Positions 19,708 to 29,070 of a stretch of 64,000 bases of DNA are shown in pieces. The first letter of the stretch is position 1, and every line of letters begins with the position of its first letter. Location of the stretch: NCBI GenBank assembly GCA_050485485.1, contig JBJHBM010000001.1, positions 41,037-105,036 of the forward strand, written 5' to 3'. The translations under genes and the position numbers were made by a program. The DNA comes from Alphaproteobacteria bacterium. Lineage in GTDB: Bacteria; Pseudomonadota; Alphaproteobacteria; SMXQ01. A model generated the notes under the pieces. The model saw nothing but the letters and a program-made list of their open reading frames with translations, was not told the DNA's origin and did not search any database.

Positions 19708-20724
19708 TCAGTTGACGGTCGTGCCTGCGGGTTCGACCCTGTGGAGCCCGAGGGCTTCCAGGGCCGGTGCATCGGTAACGTTGAACAGAAGCGCGTCCTC
19801 GTCGCGCGAGGCGTTGAAATGGGCGTGGCTGGCCCACGCCGGAATCACGAAAACGTCGCGCGCGCCCCACGGGAGCGTCGCGCCCTCGACTTCGGTGCGC
19901 CCCGCGCCGCGGATGACGAGATAGACCGCGCTCGAGGAATGGCGGTGCGGCGCGCCGGAGAATCCGGGCGGAAGCGAGGTCGCCGCCGCCCCGATCGTGC
20001 GCAGCACCGGGCGTCCCGTTCCGGGTTCGGAATAGGCGACGGTGCGGCCGTCGTGCGGCGAGACGCCGTCGTCGGGCACGCTCGCAAGGCGCGTCTCCAT
20101 GTCCGTCCAGGGGTAGTGCAGAATCGCCGGCGCGGGGGCGTTCTTCACGGGCTGGCGCGATTCGCCGAAGTTCTCGAACACCGTCTGGTTGAGCGCGGAG
20201 ACCAGCGGCCCGTCCAGAACGTCCATCCACAGGGCGCGTCCGTCGGACCCGTTGTGGTGGTCGTGCCAGTGCCAGTTGGGCGTGAGCACGAGGTCGTTGT
20301 CGCGCATCGGGCAGGCGATCCCGTCGACCACGGTGAACAGGTCGGGATGCCCTTCGATCACGAAGCGGAGCGCGGAGATGGTGTGGCGATGCGCCCAGGC
20401 GAGCTCGCCCGCCTTGATGAGCTGGATGCCGGTGTTGAGCGTGTGCGTGGTCGAGCGCGGCAGCCCGGGCGCGTTGAAGATGAGGGAGCGCCGCGCGGTG
20501 TAGCTTTCCGGGATCGCCTCGCAGGAGTCCTCGAGGAAGCGTTCGGTGTCCGACCATTTCCAGACGTGCGCGCTGCCGCGCGCGGCGGACTGCCATACCT
20601 CGCCCTGCCAGGCGCCCCCCTGGCCCTTGTCGCGGGCCTCGTCGGAGGTCCACTGGCCGCGCATATGCGCCGCCGCGAGGCGGGCGTTGAAGGCGTCGAG
20701 CGTGTCACCCTTGCCGTAGGACAT
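19708..20724 (-). CDS. Gentisate 1,2-dioxygenase-family bicupin (second copy)
   Basis: RRSLIFNAPGL, AWAHRHTISALRF and WHWHDH; C-terminal PHRHSS...WASHAH; paralog of 79..1134. Confidence 0.85.
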   Translation of the reverse strand: MSYGKGDTLDAFNARLAAAHMRGQWTSDEARDKGQGGAWQGEVWQSAARGSAHVWKWSDTERFLEDSCEAIPESYTARRSLIFNAPGLPRSTTHTLNTGIQLIKAGELAWAHRHTISALRFVIEGHPDLFTVVDGIACPMRDNDLVLTPNWHWHDHHNGSDGRALWMDVLDGPLVSALNQTVFENFGESRQPVKNAPAPAILHYPWTDMETRLASVPDDGVSPHDGRTVAYSEPGTGRPVLRTIGAAATSLPPGFSGAPHRHSSSAVYLVIRGAGRTEVEGATLPWGARDVFVIPAWASHAHFNASRDEDALLFNVTDAPALEALGLHRVEPAGTTVN

Positions 20725-21010
20725 TCGGATACGGGCGCTTGACGCGCCCAGGCCTCCCGTTTCTTGGCTGAAACCCGAGCATTTCGAGTATCGAAATGCC
20801 CCTTCTTTTCGGCCATTATTTTCTGAAAACGGTTGTCCCGCAAGGGGATGAGGGGATGCGAACGCCGAAAAAACTCGTTTGCCCGGTATTGCGTAATGGC
20901 ACGAAAAATTATCTGCATATGAGCGTTTTCGGCCGTTCGCGGGAGCCGTGCCGGACATGCTAAGCTGCCGCCGGAAACGGCACGAAGATGCGAGCAGAGA
21001 GGGAACCCCC

Positions 21011-22198
21011 ATGACCCACATTCCGCCCACCATCGCCGATATCCTCGCTTCCCGCACGGCCGCCGCCATGCCGTCGGCCGAGGTCAGCGAGTCGACCCGT
21101 GTGCGCGACCGCTTTCAGGCCATTGCCAACATGCAGCGCGTGTTCGCGATCCGGCCCGGCGAGCGCGTCGCCTTCCTGACCGACCCGCTGCTCGACCGCC
21201 GCGTGATCGATGCCATCGCGGGCATCGCGCGGGCCAACGGCGCCACCTTCCGCGAATTCATGTGGCACTCGACTCGCAACACGGAAATCCCGGCCGAGGC
21301 GCGTCCTCTGCTGGAGGACAGCGATTTCGTGGTCTCGTCCTGGTTCGCTTCGACCGGCTGCCCGTTCGCGAACAAGCTGCGCAAGGAGAAGGGGCAGCGC
21401 TGGATCAAGATCACCTTCTTCCGCAACCTCGACCTTCTGGACACGCCGCAAGCGCGCTTCCCGGTGGACCTGGTGGGGGAGATCATCCGCGCCACCGCGC
21501 GCAAGTATCCGCGCGGGGTGCCGTTCGACATGCGCTTCACCTGTCCGCGTGGCTCGGACCTCAATATCAAGTTCACGCCGCAGATGACCGAGAACCTGCT
21601 CGGCATCACGCGCTGGAAGGGCATCAACACGGGCGATGCGCCCGGCTGCTACGTCCACTATCTGCCGACCCACGGGCCCAATCTCTACGGCAACACCGCG
21701 CACAGGCGAGAGCCCAAGGCCCATGCGGAGATGGAGGGCATCATCTTCCCCCAATGGGCGGTGGGTTTCCCGCGCCCGTTCGAGGAGAAGATCGGCGTCG
21801 AGTTCAAGGACGACTTCATCGTCGCCATTCACGGCAAGGGACGCGAGGCGGACCACCTGCGCGAGTACCTGATCGGCGCGCGGCTCAATGAGCTCGGCTG
21901 CGGCTTCAACCCCAAGGCGCCGCGCTACCAGGTCTATCCGGCTGGGCCCAACTCGCCGGGCGGGCTCCATTTCGGCTGCAACGCGAAGAAGGAAAGCGCC
22001 TATCTGCGCCGCGCCATCCCGAACTGGGAGGAGCCGCACATCCACATGGACTTCGTGAGCTTCGACATGACCGTGACGGCAGGCAACGCGACGCTGATCG
22101 ACAACGGCTTCCTCGCGGCGTTGCGCGACGAGGACGTGGTCGCCGCCGCCGCGCGCTACGGCGACCCGGTGGAGCTGCTCGAATCGTTCGACCAGTAG
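21011..22198 (+). CDS. M29 aminopeptidase/NicX-fold metalloenzyme of unknown function
   Basis: IRPGERVAFLTD at the N-terminus; GSDL, NELGCGFNP, LHFG and HMD...LIDNG at the C-terminus. Confidence 0.6.
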   Translation: MTHIPPTIADILASRTAAAMPSAEVSESTRVRDRFQAIANMQRVFAIRPGERVAFLTDPLLDRRVIDAIAGIARANGATFREFMWHSTRNTEIPAEARPLLEDSDFVVSSWFASTGCPFANKLRKEKGQRWIKITFFRNLDLLDTPQARFPVDLVGEIIRATARKYPRGVPFDMRFTCPRGSDLNIKFTPQMTENLLGITRWKGINTGDAPGCYVHYLPTHGPNLYGNTAHRREPKAHAEMEGIIFPQWAVGFPRPFEEKIGVEFKDDFIVAIHGKGREADHLREYLIGARLNELGCGFNPKAPRYQVYPAGPNSPGGLHFGCNAKKESAYLRRAIPNWEEPHIHMDFVSFDMTVTAGNATLIDNGFLAALRDEDVVAAAARYGDPVELLESFDQ

Positions 22199-22254
22199 GC
22201 GGACTTTCCTCCGGCCGCTCTTCCGTCGTCATGTCCCGGCTGTTCCACGCCTCA

Positions 22255-22509
22255 CGTCATGCGCGGACGCGATCCGCGCATGTGGGGTTCGAACTGGTGC
22301 GCACCTTGCGTCATGGTCGTGCTTGGCACGACCATCCAGGAGCTCTGCAGCGGTTGGGGCGCAACAGAACGTGGATGCTCGGCCTTCGCCGAGCATGACG
22401 ATGGGAAGAGGTCGGGTCTACGTCATGCGCGGACGTGATCCGCGCATCCATGGTTGCGCGCGTCAGGCGCGAGCGTGACGGTGGGGAGAGGCCGGGTCTC
22501 CGCATGACG
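22255..22509. repeat. Cluster of REP/RIME-like palindromic repeats (CGTCATG...CATCCA and TGGATG...CATGACG)
   Basis: Hairpin units start at 22255, 22309, 22372 and 22421, with degenerate ends near 22480 and 22509. Confidence 0.7.
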
Positions 22510-22588
22510 GTGGAGCGGAAAATGAACGGGGCGGGACCGGTGGGTCCCGCCCCATGTGCTGCGGCATGTGCTGCGACGCGCGGCGGCG

Positions 22589-23866
22589 TCAGTTGCAGGC
22601 GACGATGTCGGCCTCGTCGCCGTCGCCGAGATAGGTGACGTCGCAGGTCATGCCGGCCTTGATCTCGCCGCCCTTGGCCTCCTTGCCGCCGACGGTGACC
22701 TTGGCGCCGCGCACGGAGGCGGATACGGTCTTGCCGTCGTCCGTGAAGCGGATCGTGCCCTTGGCGGCGTCCTCGATGCGGGCGCCCTTGGCCGTCTTCC
22801 AGTCGAGCTTGGCGTCCTGAAGCGCGGCGGGGTTGACCTGGGTCGCGGCGTTGGCGCGATCCAGGATCGAGCGCGGCATGGCGAACAGCTTTTTGACATG
22901 AGCCTCGACCTCCTCGCCCGTGATCGGCGCGAGCGGGACCTGCATGGTCTTGGCCGTGCTCTGGAACTTCGGATCGTTCATGGTCGCCGTGAAGGCGGTC
23001 CTGAGCGCGGCGACCCGGTCGGCCGGCGTGCCCGGCGGCGCGACGTAGGGCCGCCCCATGTACTGGCGCGCCACCAGGAATTCGAGCACGGTGCGGTCCT
23101 CCTCGTTCTTGGCGAGGTCCACCACCACCGGGATGTCGGGCGCGAGGTCGGGGGCGGGCTTCATGCCGGTCTGGACCAGCACGATGATCCTGCCGTCCTT
23201 GATGTCTTGGCCGACCTGGGCCGAGAGACTGTCGGAGCCGACGCCGCACAGGCCGCCGACCTCGCCGCGTTCCATGGCGAGGAACACGGAGCCGGTGCTG
23301 GGGTAGCCCCGGATGACCTTGAACTTGGTACCGATCAGGCTGTTCATGTAGGCGGCGACGAGTTGGGTGGAGGAGCTGGCCGCTCCGGTCGAGCCCACCA
23401 GCAATTCCTTCTCCATCGCGTCCTGAATGGTGCGCACGCCCGACTTGGCGCTGGCGACGCAGGTGGAGGTGAGCTGGTTGGCGCTGCCGAGCCAGTTGTA
23501 CTCGACCGACTTGAACTGGACCTGGCTGCCGAGCAACTCGTCCACCACCGCGGTATTGTGGATGCCGGCGATGTCGAGTCCGTCCTTGCGCGCCTTGTTG
23601 TACATGTAGCCGGCGAGCCTGAGGCCGGACGCGCCCGGCATGTTCTTGACCACGAGGCCGGGGTTGCCCGGCAGGTGGTCGCCGAAATGGCGGGCGATGG
23701 CGCGGCCGTAGGTGTCGTAGCCGCCGCCGGGGGCGGAGCCGACGTAGAGATCGATCTGGCGGCCCTTGTAGAACTCCGCCACCGCGTCGGCCTGGGCGGC
23801 GGGAACGAGGACGGCGGGGGCGAGCAGGGTTGCGAACGCGAAAGCGGCCAGCGAACGGATCGTCAT
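22589..23866 (-). CDS. TctC/Bug-family substrate-binding protein with an extra C-terminal domain
   Basis: Signal peptide; GSAPGGGYDTYGR, NMPGASG and AMERGEV; tail ending GMTCDVTY...VACN. Confidence 0.82.
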   Translation of the reverse strand: MTIRSLAAFAFATLLAPAVLVPAAQADAVAEFYKGRQIDLYVGSAPGGGYDTYGRAIARHFGDHLPGNPGLVVKNMPGASGLRLAGYMYNKARKDGLDIAGIHNTAVVDELLGSQVQFKSVEYNWLGSANQLTSTCVASAKSGVRTIQDAMEKELLVGSTGAASSSTQLVAAYMNSLIGTKFKVIRGYPSTGSVFLAMERGEVGGLCGVGSDSLSAQVGQDIKDGRIIVLVQTGMKPAPDLAPDIPVVVDLAKNEEDRTVLEFLVARQYMGRPYVAPPGTPADRVAALRTAFTATMNDPKFQSTAKTMQVPLAPITGEEVEAHVKKLFAMPRSILDRANAATQVNPAALQDAKLDWKTAKGARIEDAAKGTIRFTDDGKTVSASVRGAKVTVGGKEAKGGEIKAGMTCDVTYLGDGDEADIVACN

Positions 23867-24056
23867 CTTGTCCTCCCCGGGTTCCATTGGCGTCGAGCCC
23901 GAGCCCGCGCATTGTCGAGTCTAGCACAGGGGACGGGCACGGCAAGGCGTGGGCGGCGACGGGTGCGGGGGTGCGGTTGCCCCGGGCCGGGACCGGGGTT
24001 ATCGTGGCGGGAACCCGGGATTTCCGGGCGTAGTAACGACCAGGGAGGGCGCGCGC

Positions 24057-25514
24057 ATGGACGGCTCCAACCTTTCGCGCGAGAAGCGTTTCGCCTTCGA
24101 GACGATCGAGCGCAACGCGCGCGCGATCGCGCTCACGGGCGACAACATCTTCTATTTCGGCGAGCTCGGGAATCAGGAATACGAGAGCGCCGCGCTGATG
24201 TCGGGCCTTCTGGAGAAGGAAGGCTTCCGGGTGGAGCGCGGCATGTCGGGCTTTCCGACCGCGTTCCTCGCCACCTACGGCTCGGGCGCGCCGGTGATCG
24301 CGATCCATACCGAGTTCGACGCCAATCCCGACAACAGCCAGCGGCCGGGCGTGCCGGAGCCGAGCCCGATCGTCGCGGGCGCGCCGGGGCACTGCGAGGG
24401 CCACAACGTCAACGCCGCGGTGATGATCGGGGCGGCGGTCGCGCTCAAGCGGGCGATGGAGGAATGCGGCCTCAAGGGCACCCTCAAGGTGCTGGGGGCG
24501 CCGGCCGAGGAGCAGGTGCTGTCGCGGCCCTATTTCGTGCGCGACGGCTATTTCGACGACGTGGACGTCGCGCTGCATCCCCACATCGGCCCGGAGCTGT
24601 CGGTGGGCCACGGGCTGCAGCAGTCGGCGCTGATCTCCGCCACCTTCACCTTCCACGGCGAGACCGCGCACGCGGGGACCGCGCCGTGGAAGGGACGCGA
24701 CGCGCTCGACGCCGTGGTGCTGATGGACGCGGGCCTCGCCCAGTACCGCGAGCACATGCTGCCCACCAGCCGCCTGCACCGGGCGATCACCGAAGGGGGG
24801 TTGCAGCCCAACGTGATCCCGAAGCGCGCCACCATCTGGTGGTATTTCCGCGATCCCACGGCGGAGGGGGCGGAGAAGCTGTTCGCCCAGGCCCGGCGCA
24901 TCGCCGAGGGGGCCGCCCTCATGACCAACACCGAGGCCGAATGCACCGTGCTGTCGGCGGTGTGGCCGACGCGCGGCAACCGCACGGTGGCGGACACGGT
25001 GCGGCGCAACCTCGAGATCGTCGGCCATCCGCGCTGGAGCGAGGACGAGCATGCGCTCGCGCGCCGGCTGCAGGAGCGCGCCGGGGTCGCGGTCGAGGGC
25101 CTGCGCGACCGCGTGCCGCCCTACCGGGGCGAGGCCCGCCAGCGCGCCAGCGCCAACGACGGCGGCGACGTTTCCTGGAAGGTGCCGATGGTGAAGTTCT
25201 ACTTCCCGGCCAACGTCCCCAACATCAGCTACCACCACTGGGCGGCGGGGGTGGCGCTCGCCACCTCGATCGCCCACAAGGGCGCGGTCGCGGGCGCCAA
25301 GGTGCTGGCCGGCGCCGCCCTCGACTTCCTCACCGATCCGGCGCTGGTGGAGGCGGCGAAGCGCACCTTCGCCGAGGAGCTGGGCGGGGTCGCCTACCGG
25401 CCGCTGCTGCCGGTCGGCCAGGCGCCGCCGAAAGACCTCAACCGCGACAAGATGGAGCCTTTCAGGCCCCTGATGCGCGACCATTACCTCGACGAAAAGC
25501 CCGAGTTCGTGTGA
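24057..25514 (+). CDS. M20-family amidohydrolase, AbgB (p-aminobenzoyl-glutamate hydrolase)-like
   Basis: EFDANP, GHCEGHN, PAEE, AHAGTAPWKGRDALDA and GDVSW motifs. Confidence 0.8.
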   Translation: MDGSNLSREKRFAFETIERNARAIALTGDNIFYFGELGNQEYESAALMSGLLEKEGFRVERGMSGFPTAFLATYGSGAPVIAIHTEFDANPDNSQRPGVPEPSPIVAGAPGHCEGHNVNAAVMIGAAVALKRAMEECGLKGTLKVLGAPAEEQVLSRPYFVRDGYFDDVDVALHPHIGPELSVGHGLQQSALISATFTFHGETAHAGTAPWKGRDALDAVVLMDAGLAQYREHMLPTSRLHRAITEGGLQPNVIPKRATIWWYFRDPTAEGAEKLFAQARRIAEGAALMTNTEAECTVLSAVWPTRGNRTVADTVRRNLEIVGHPRWSEDEHALARRLQERAGVAVEGLRDRVPPYRGEARQRASANDGGDVSWKVPMVKFYFPANVPNISYHHWAAGVALATSIAHKGAVAGAKVLAGAALDFLTDPALVEAAKRTFAEELGGVAYRPLLPVGQAPPKDLNRDKMEPFRPLMRDHYLDEKPEFV

Positions 25515-25545
25515 CCGAAGGCCGGTTCCGGCGCCGCGGATTCCC

Positions 25546-26250
25546 TCAATCGGCGGTCAGCCGGAACGTGACAGGCACCTCGACCGTGCCCGGAACCGGC
25601 CGTCCGCCGCGCTCCGCCGGCGCGAAACGCCACCGTTCGAGCGCCTCCAGCGCCGCCCGGTCGAGCCGTTGGTGCCCGCTCGAGCGCGCGAGCTCGGTCA
25701 TGGCGGCCCGTCCCGCCGCATCCACCGTGACCCGCACCACGACCCGGCCTTCCTCGCCGTTGCGCCGCGCGAGCCACGGGTAGGCCGGCGCCGGATTGGC
25801 GAGCCCGGCGAGCCCGTAGCGCGGCGGCCGGGCTTCGGGATCGCCGTCGCCATCGCCATCCGTCCCGGACGCTTGGTCCGGCTCCGACGGCGGCAGGGCG
25901 GCGATTTCCGCCGTTTCCGCGGTGTCCGGCACGTCGGCGGGCTTGGCCGGCATGGGGGGCGCTTCGGGCCGGCGCGGCGGCGCGGCGATCCGGGGCGGTG
26001 CGTTCGCGGCGGGCTCGGAGACGGGCTCGGGTTCGGAGGCGGGCTTGGACGTGATTTCGGGCGCGGTTTCGGGCATGGGTGTTGGCGCCGCCTCGACCAT
26101 CGCCTCGACCATCGTCTCGACCATCACCAGGGCCACCGCCATCATGGGCCGGTCGGGGGCGGGCGCGGTGCCGGCGGCGCCGATCCACAGCGCGGCGGCG
26201 AGCGCCGTCCCGTGCAGCGCGAGGGACAGCAGGGCGGCGCGCCCGGTCAC
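25546..26250 (-). CDS. tonB: Energy transducer TonB
   Basis: SLALHG TM anchor, Pro-rich linker, YPWLARRNGEEGRV...SSG..LDRAAL...WRFAPA C-domain. Confidence 0.88.
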   Translation of the reverse strand: MTGRAALLSLALHGTALAAALWIGAAGTAPAPDRPMMAVALVMVETMVEAMVEAAPTPMPETAPEITSKPASEPEPVSEPAANAPPRIAAPPRRPEAPPMPAKPADVPDTAETAEIAALPPSEPDQASGTDGDGDGDPEARPPRYGLAGLANPAPAYPWLARRNGEEGRVVVRVTVDAAGRAAMTELARSSGHQRLDRAALEALERWRFAPAERGGRPVPGTVEVPVTFRLTAD

Positions 26251-27074
26251 AGCGCTTCCCCCGGTCGGTCCACGCGCCCGACCGGCACCACGAACGGCAG
26301 CCCCTCGGCGGTGCCGCGGTGGACCCGGACGCCGTAGGCGCGGGCGAGCACGTCGTCCTCCAGCACGGCCCCGGGCGGGCCCGCGGCCAGCACCCGGCCC
26401 TCGGCCAGCAGCACCAGCCGGTCGCAGTGGCGCGCCGCGGTGGTGAGGTCGTGCAGCACCGCGATCACCCCGGCGCCGGCGGCGGCGCGGGCGCGCAGCA
26501 CGGCCATGACGTCGAGGGCGTGGGCGGGATCGAGCCCGGCGACCGGCTCGTCGGCGAGCAGCACGCGGGGCTCGGCGGCAAGCGCGCGGGCGAGCAGCGC
26601 GCGGGCGCGTTCCCCGCCGGAAAGCCGGTTGAGGGGGCGGCCGGCGAGGCCAGCGAGGTCGCAATCGGAGAAGGCGCGGGCGACCGCGGCGCGGTCGGCG
26701 GCGACGGACGGGGTGCCTTTCCAGGGGCCGCCGTGGGGCAGACGGCCGAGCCCGACCAGGGTTTCGACGGTTACCGCCCAGTGCGCGGTGCCGTTCTGGG
26801 CGAGATAGGCGACGCCGCGGGCCCTTTCGGCGCGCCCGAAGGCGGCCATCGGTCGGCCGAACAGCGCGATTTCCCCGCTTTCGGGCGCCGCGAGGCCCGC
26901 CAGGACGCGCAATAGGGTGGTCTTGCCGGCGCCATTGGGGCCGATCAGCCCCACCACCTCGCCGGCGGCGAGCGTCATCGCGACGCCGTCCAGCACCCGG
27001 CGCGGGCCATAGGCGAGCGAAACGTCGCGCGCCGCGACCAGAGACGAGAGAGGCGAGATCGCGGCCGCCGTCAT
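26247..27074 (-). CDS. btuD: Cobalamin/siderophore ABC transporter ATP-binding protein
   Basis: GPNGAGKT, LSGGE, LLADEP and LHDL; operon lies under a cobalamin riboswitch. Confidence 0.85.
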   Translation of the reverse strand: MTAAAISPLSSLVAARDVSLAYGPRRVLDGVAMTLAAGEVVGLIGPNGAGKTTLLRVLAGLAAPESGEIALFGRPMAAFGRAERARGVAYLAQNGTAHWAVTVETLVGLGRLPHGGPWKGTPSVAADRAAVARAFSDCDLAGLAGRPLNRLSGGERARALLARALAAEPRVLLADEPVAGLDPAHALDVMAVLRARAAAGAGVIAVLHDLTTAARHCDRLVLLAEGRVLAAGPPGAVLEDDVLARAYGVRVHRGTAEGLPFVVPVGRVDRPGEAL

Positions 27075-28069
27075 GCCAGCCTCCGCCGCTCGGCGATCAC
27101 CAGCCACAGGAAGAACGGCGCGCCCACCAGCGCGGTCACCACCCCGAGCTTGAGCTCGTCGCCGGGCGCCGCCCGCACGGCGATGTCGGCGGCGAGGGTG
27201 AGGGCCGCGCCGCCGAGCGCGCTCGCGGGCAGCAGCGCGCCCGGCCGGTAGCCCACCAGCGGGCGCAGCAGGTGCGGCACCACCAGGCCGACGAAGCCGA
27301 CCACGCCGGCGACGGCGACGGCGGCGCCCACCGCGAGCGCGGTCCCGGCGACCAGGCGCGCGCGTAGCCGGGCGAGGTCGACGCCCAGCGTCGCGGCGGT
27401 GTCCTCGCCGAGCGTGAGCGCGTCGAGCGGCCGCCCGGCGGACAGCAGCAAAGCCCCGCCCGCGACGATGAACGGCGCCGCCAGCCAGACATGGAGCAGG
27501 CTGCGGTCGGCGAGCGAGCCCATCATCCAGAACACGATCTCGAGCGCGGCGAACGGGCTCGGCGCGAGGCTGAGGGCGAGCGCGGTGGCGGCGCCCGCGA
27601 AGCTGGTCACGGCGACGCCCGCGAGGATCAGGGCCAGCGTGCCGGTATCGCGCCCGGCGAGCAGCTGCACCACGGTCACCCCGGCGGCGGCGCCCGCGAT
27701 GCCGCCGAGCGGCAGGGCCAGGGCGAAGGCCCCGGCGACCCCGGTGTAGAGCGTCAGAACCGCGCCCAGCGCCCCCGCCGCCGACACGCCGATCAGCCCC
27801 GGCTCGGCGAGCGGATTGCGCAGGTAGCCCTGCAGCGCGGCCCCGGCGAGGCCGAGCGCGCTGCCGATCAGGAGCGCGAGCACGGCGCGCGGCAGGCGCA
27901 CCTCGAGGACGATGATGCGCGCCGCCTCGTCGCCGCGCCCGGTCAGCGCCGCCAGCGCCTCGAGCGGTCCCACGCCCGCCGGCCCCACAGCCAGCGAGGC
28001 GGCGAAGGCGAGCGCGACCAGGGCCGCGAGCCCGGCCAGCAGGACGCGGAAGCGCGGCGGCGCGATCAC
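27071..28069 (-). CDS. btuC: FecCD/BtuC-family permease
   Basis: RLPRA, RNPLAEPGLIG, GFVGLVVPH and GAPFF motifs. Confidence 0.87.
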   Translation of the reverse strand: MIAPPRFRVLLAGLAALVALAFAASLAVGPAGVGPLEALAALTGRGDEAARIIVLEVRLPRAVLALLIGSALGLAGAALQGYLRNPLAEPGLIGVSAAGALGAVLTLYTGVAGAFALALPLGGIAGAAAGVTVVQLLAGRDTGTLALILAGVAVTSFAGAATALALSLAPSPFAALEIVFWMMGSLADRSLLHVWLAAPFIVAGGALLLSAGRPLDALTLGEDTAATLGVDLARLRARLVAGTALAVGAAVAVAGVVGFVGLVVPHLLRPLVGYRPGALLPASALGGAALTLAADIAVRAAPGDELKLGVVTALVGAPFFLWLVIAERRRLA

Positions 28070-28959
28070 GTGCCCGGCTCCCGCTTCCGCGCCCCCGAAT
28101 CCCGCGCAGCCGGCGCGGGCAGGCGTGCGCGCAACCCGGCGAGGGTCTCGACCGCCTCGGCGATGGCCGGGGTCGGGCACGCCCACAGGTGCTCGGGGAT
28201 GGAAATGACGGCGTTCGCCGGGGCCGCCTTGCGGAGCGCCGGATGCTCGAGCGACAGCGCCGCGAGCGACGGGGCCTGGTGGCGCAGCCGCCCGATCACG
28301 AGCGCGTCGGGCCGCTCCGCCACCACCACCTCGAGCGGCACCCGGCCGACGCCGCCGACCGCGAGCAGCGCGGCGAGGTTGTCGAGCCCGGCCGCCGTCA
28401 TCGCCGCGTCCGGCAGCGTGTTGCGGCCTGCCGTGATGCCGTTCGATTCGAACAGCACCGCGACCGGGCGCGGGTCCGGCGGGGGCGGGGGCACGGCGGC
28501 GAGGCGCGCCTCGAACGCCGCGATCAGGCGCTCGCCGCGTGCCTCCGCGCCGATCGCGCGCGCGACGATGCGGATATGGGCGGCGACGTCGTCGAGCCCG
28601 GTGGCGAGCGGCAGCTCCACCACGCGGTGCCCGAGGCGCCGCAGCAGGTCCACCGTGACGCGCGCGGCGTGGGTGCCGGCCAGCACCAGGTCGGGCGCGA
28701 GCGGCAGGATCTCCTCGGCGCGGCCGTGGTTGAGGCGGAACCCGCGCGCCTGCTCGGCCATCGCCGAGGAGGCCGGGTCGGCGGCGAGGAAGCTCAACGA
28801 GACGATGCGCCCGGGCTCGGCCAGCAGCATCAGGAGCTGGTCCGAGCACAGGTTGAGCGACACGATGCGCTGCGGCGGATCGGAGGCAGGAGCCGGTGGT
28901 CCCCATAGGAGGAGAAACGTCAGGAAGACGGGGAAAACAACGCGTCTTATTCCCCTCAC
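28066..28959 (-). CDS. btuF: Cobalamin ABC transporter periplasmic binding protein (start uncertain)
   Basis: RIVSLNLCSDQLL and AEEILPLAPDLVL; signal peptide after the GTG at 28959. Confidence 0.82.
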   Translation of the reverse strand: MRGIRRVVFPVFLTFLLLWGPPAPASDPPQRIVSLNLCSDQLLMLLAEPGRIVSLSFLAADPASSAMAEQARGFRLNHGRAEEILPLAPDLVLAGTHAARVTVDLLRRLGHRVVELPLATGLDDVAAHIRIVARAIGAEARGERLIAAFEARLAAVPPPPPDPRPVAVLFESNGITAGRNTLPDAAMTAAGLDNLAALLAVGGVGRVPLEVVVAERPDALVIGRLRHQAPSLAALSLEHPALRKAAPANAVISIPEHLWACPTPAIAEAVETLAGLRARLPAPAARDSGARKREPGT

Positions 28960-29000
28960 CCGGCTCCCGGCAAGCGCGCTTGCCGCGCGCCATCCCTCCG

Positions 29001-29045
29001 CAACCCTCTCCCCCCGACCGGGGGGAGAGGGCAGGGTGAGGGGGG
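29001..29045. repeat. Intergenic palindromic repeat, family 2 (CCCTCTCCC...GGGAGAGGG.AGGGTGAGGGG)
   Basis: Closely similar copy at 58457..58500. Confidence 0.7.
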
Positions 29046-29070
29046 TGGCTGGGCCCGGCGGCCGCATGCG

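Noticed and set aside
20897-20917. TGGCACG resembling a sigma54 -24 element
   Set aside because: No TTGC at the required -12 spacing.
22255-22509. Possible CRISPR array
   Set aside because: Units are non-identical, alternately oriented and irregularly spaced; no cas genes.
22311-25783. Very long ORFs of 1057 aa (22311..25484) and 1075 aa (22556..25783)
   Set aside because: Arg/Gly/Ala-rich shadow frames of the TctC and amidohydrolase genes, typical of high-GC DNA; no motifs.
28960-29067. N-terminal extension of BtuF (PLTLPSPPGRG)
   Set aside because: Translation of the intergenic repeat, also seen at 58457..58500.
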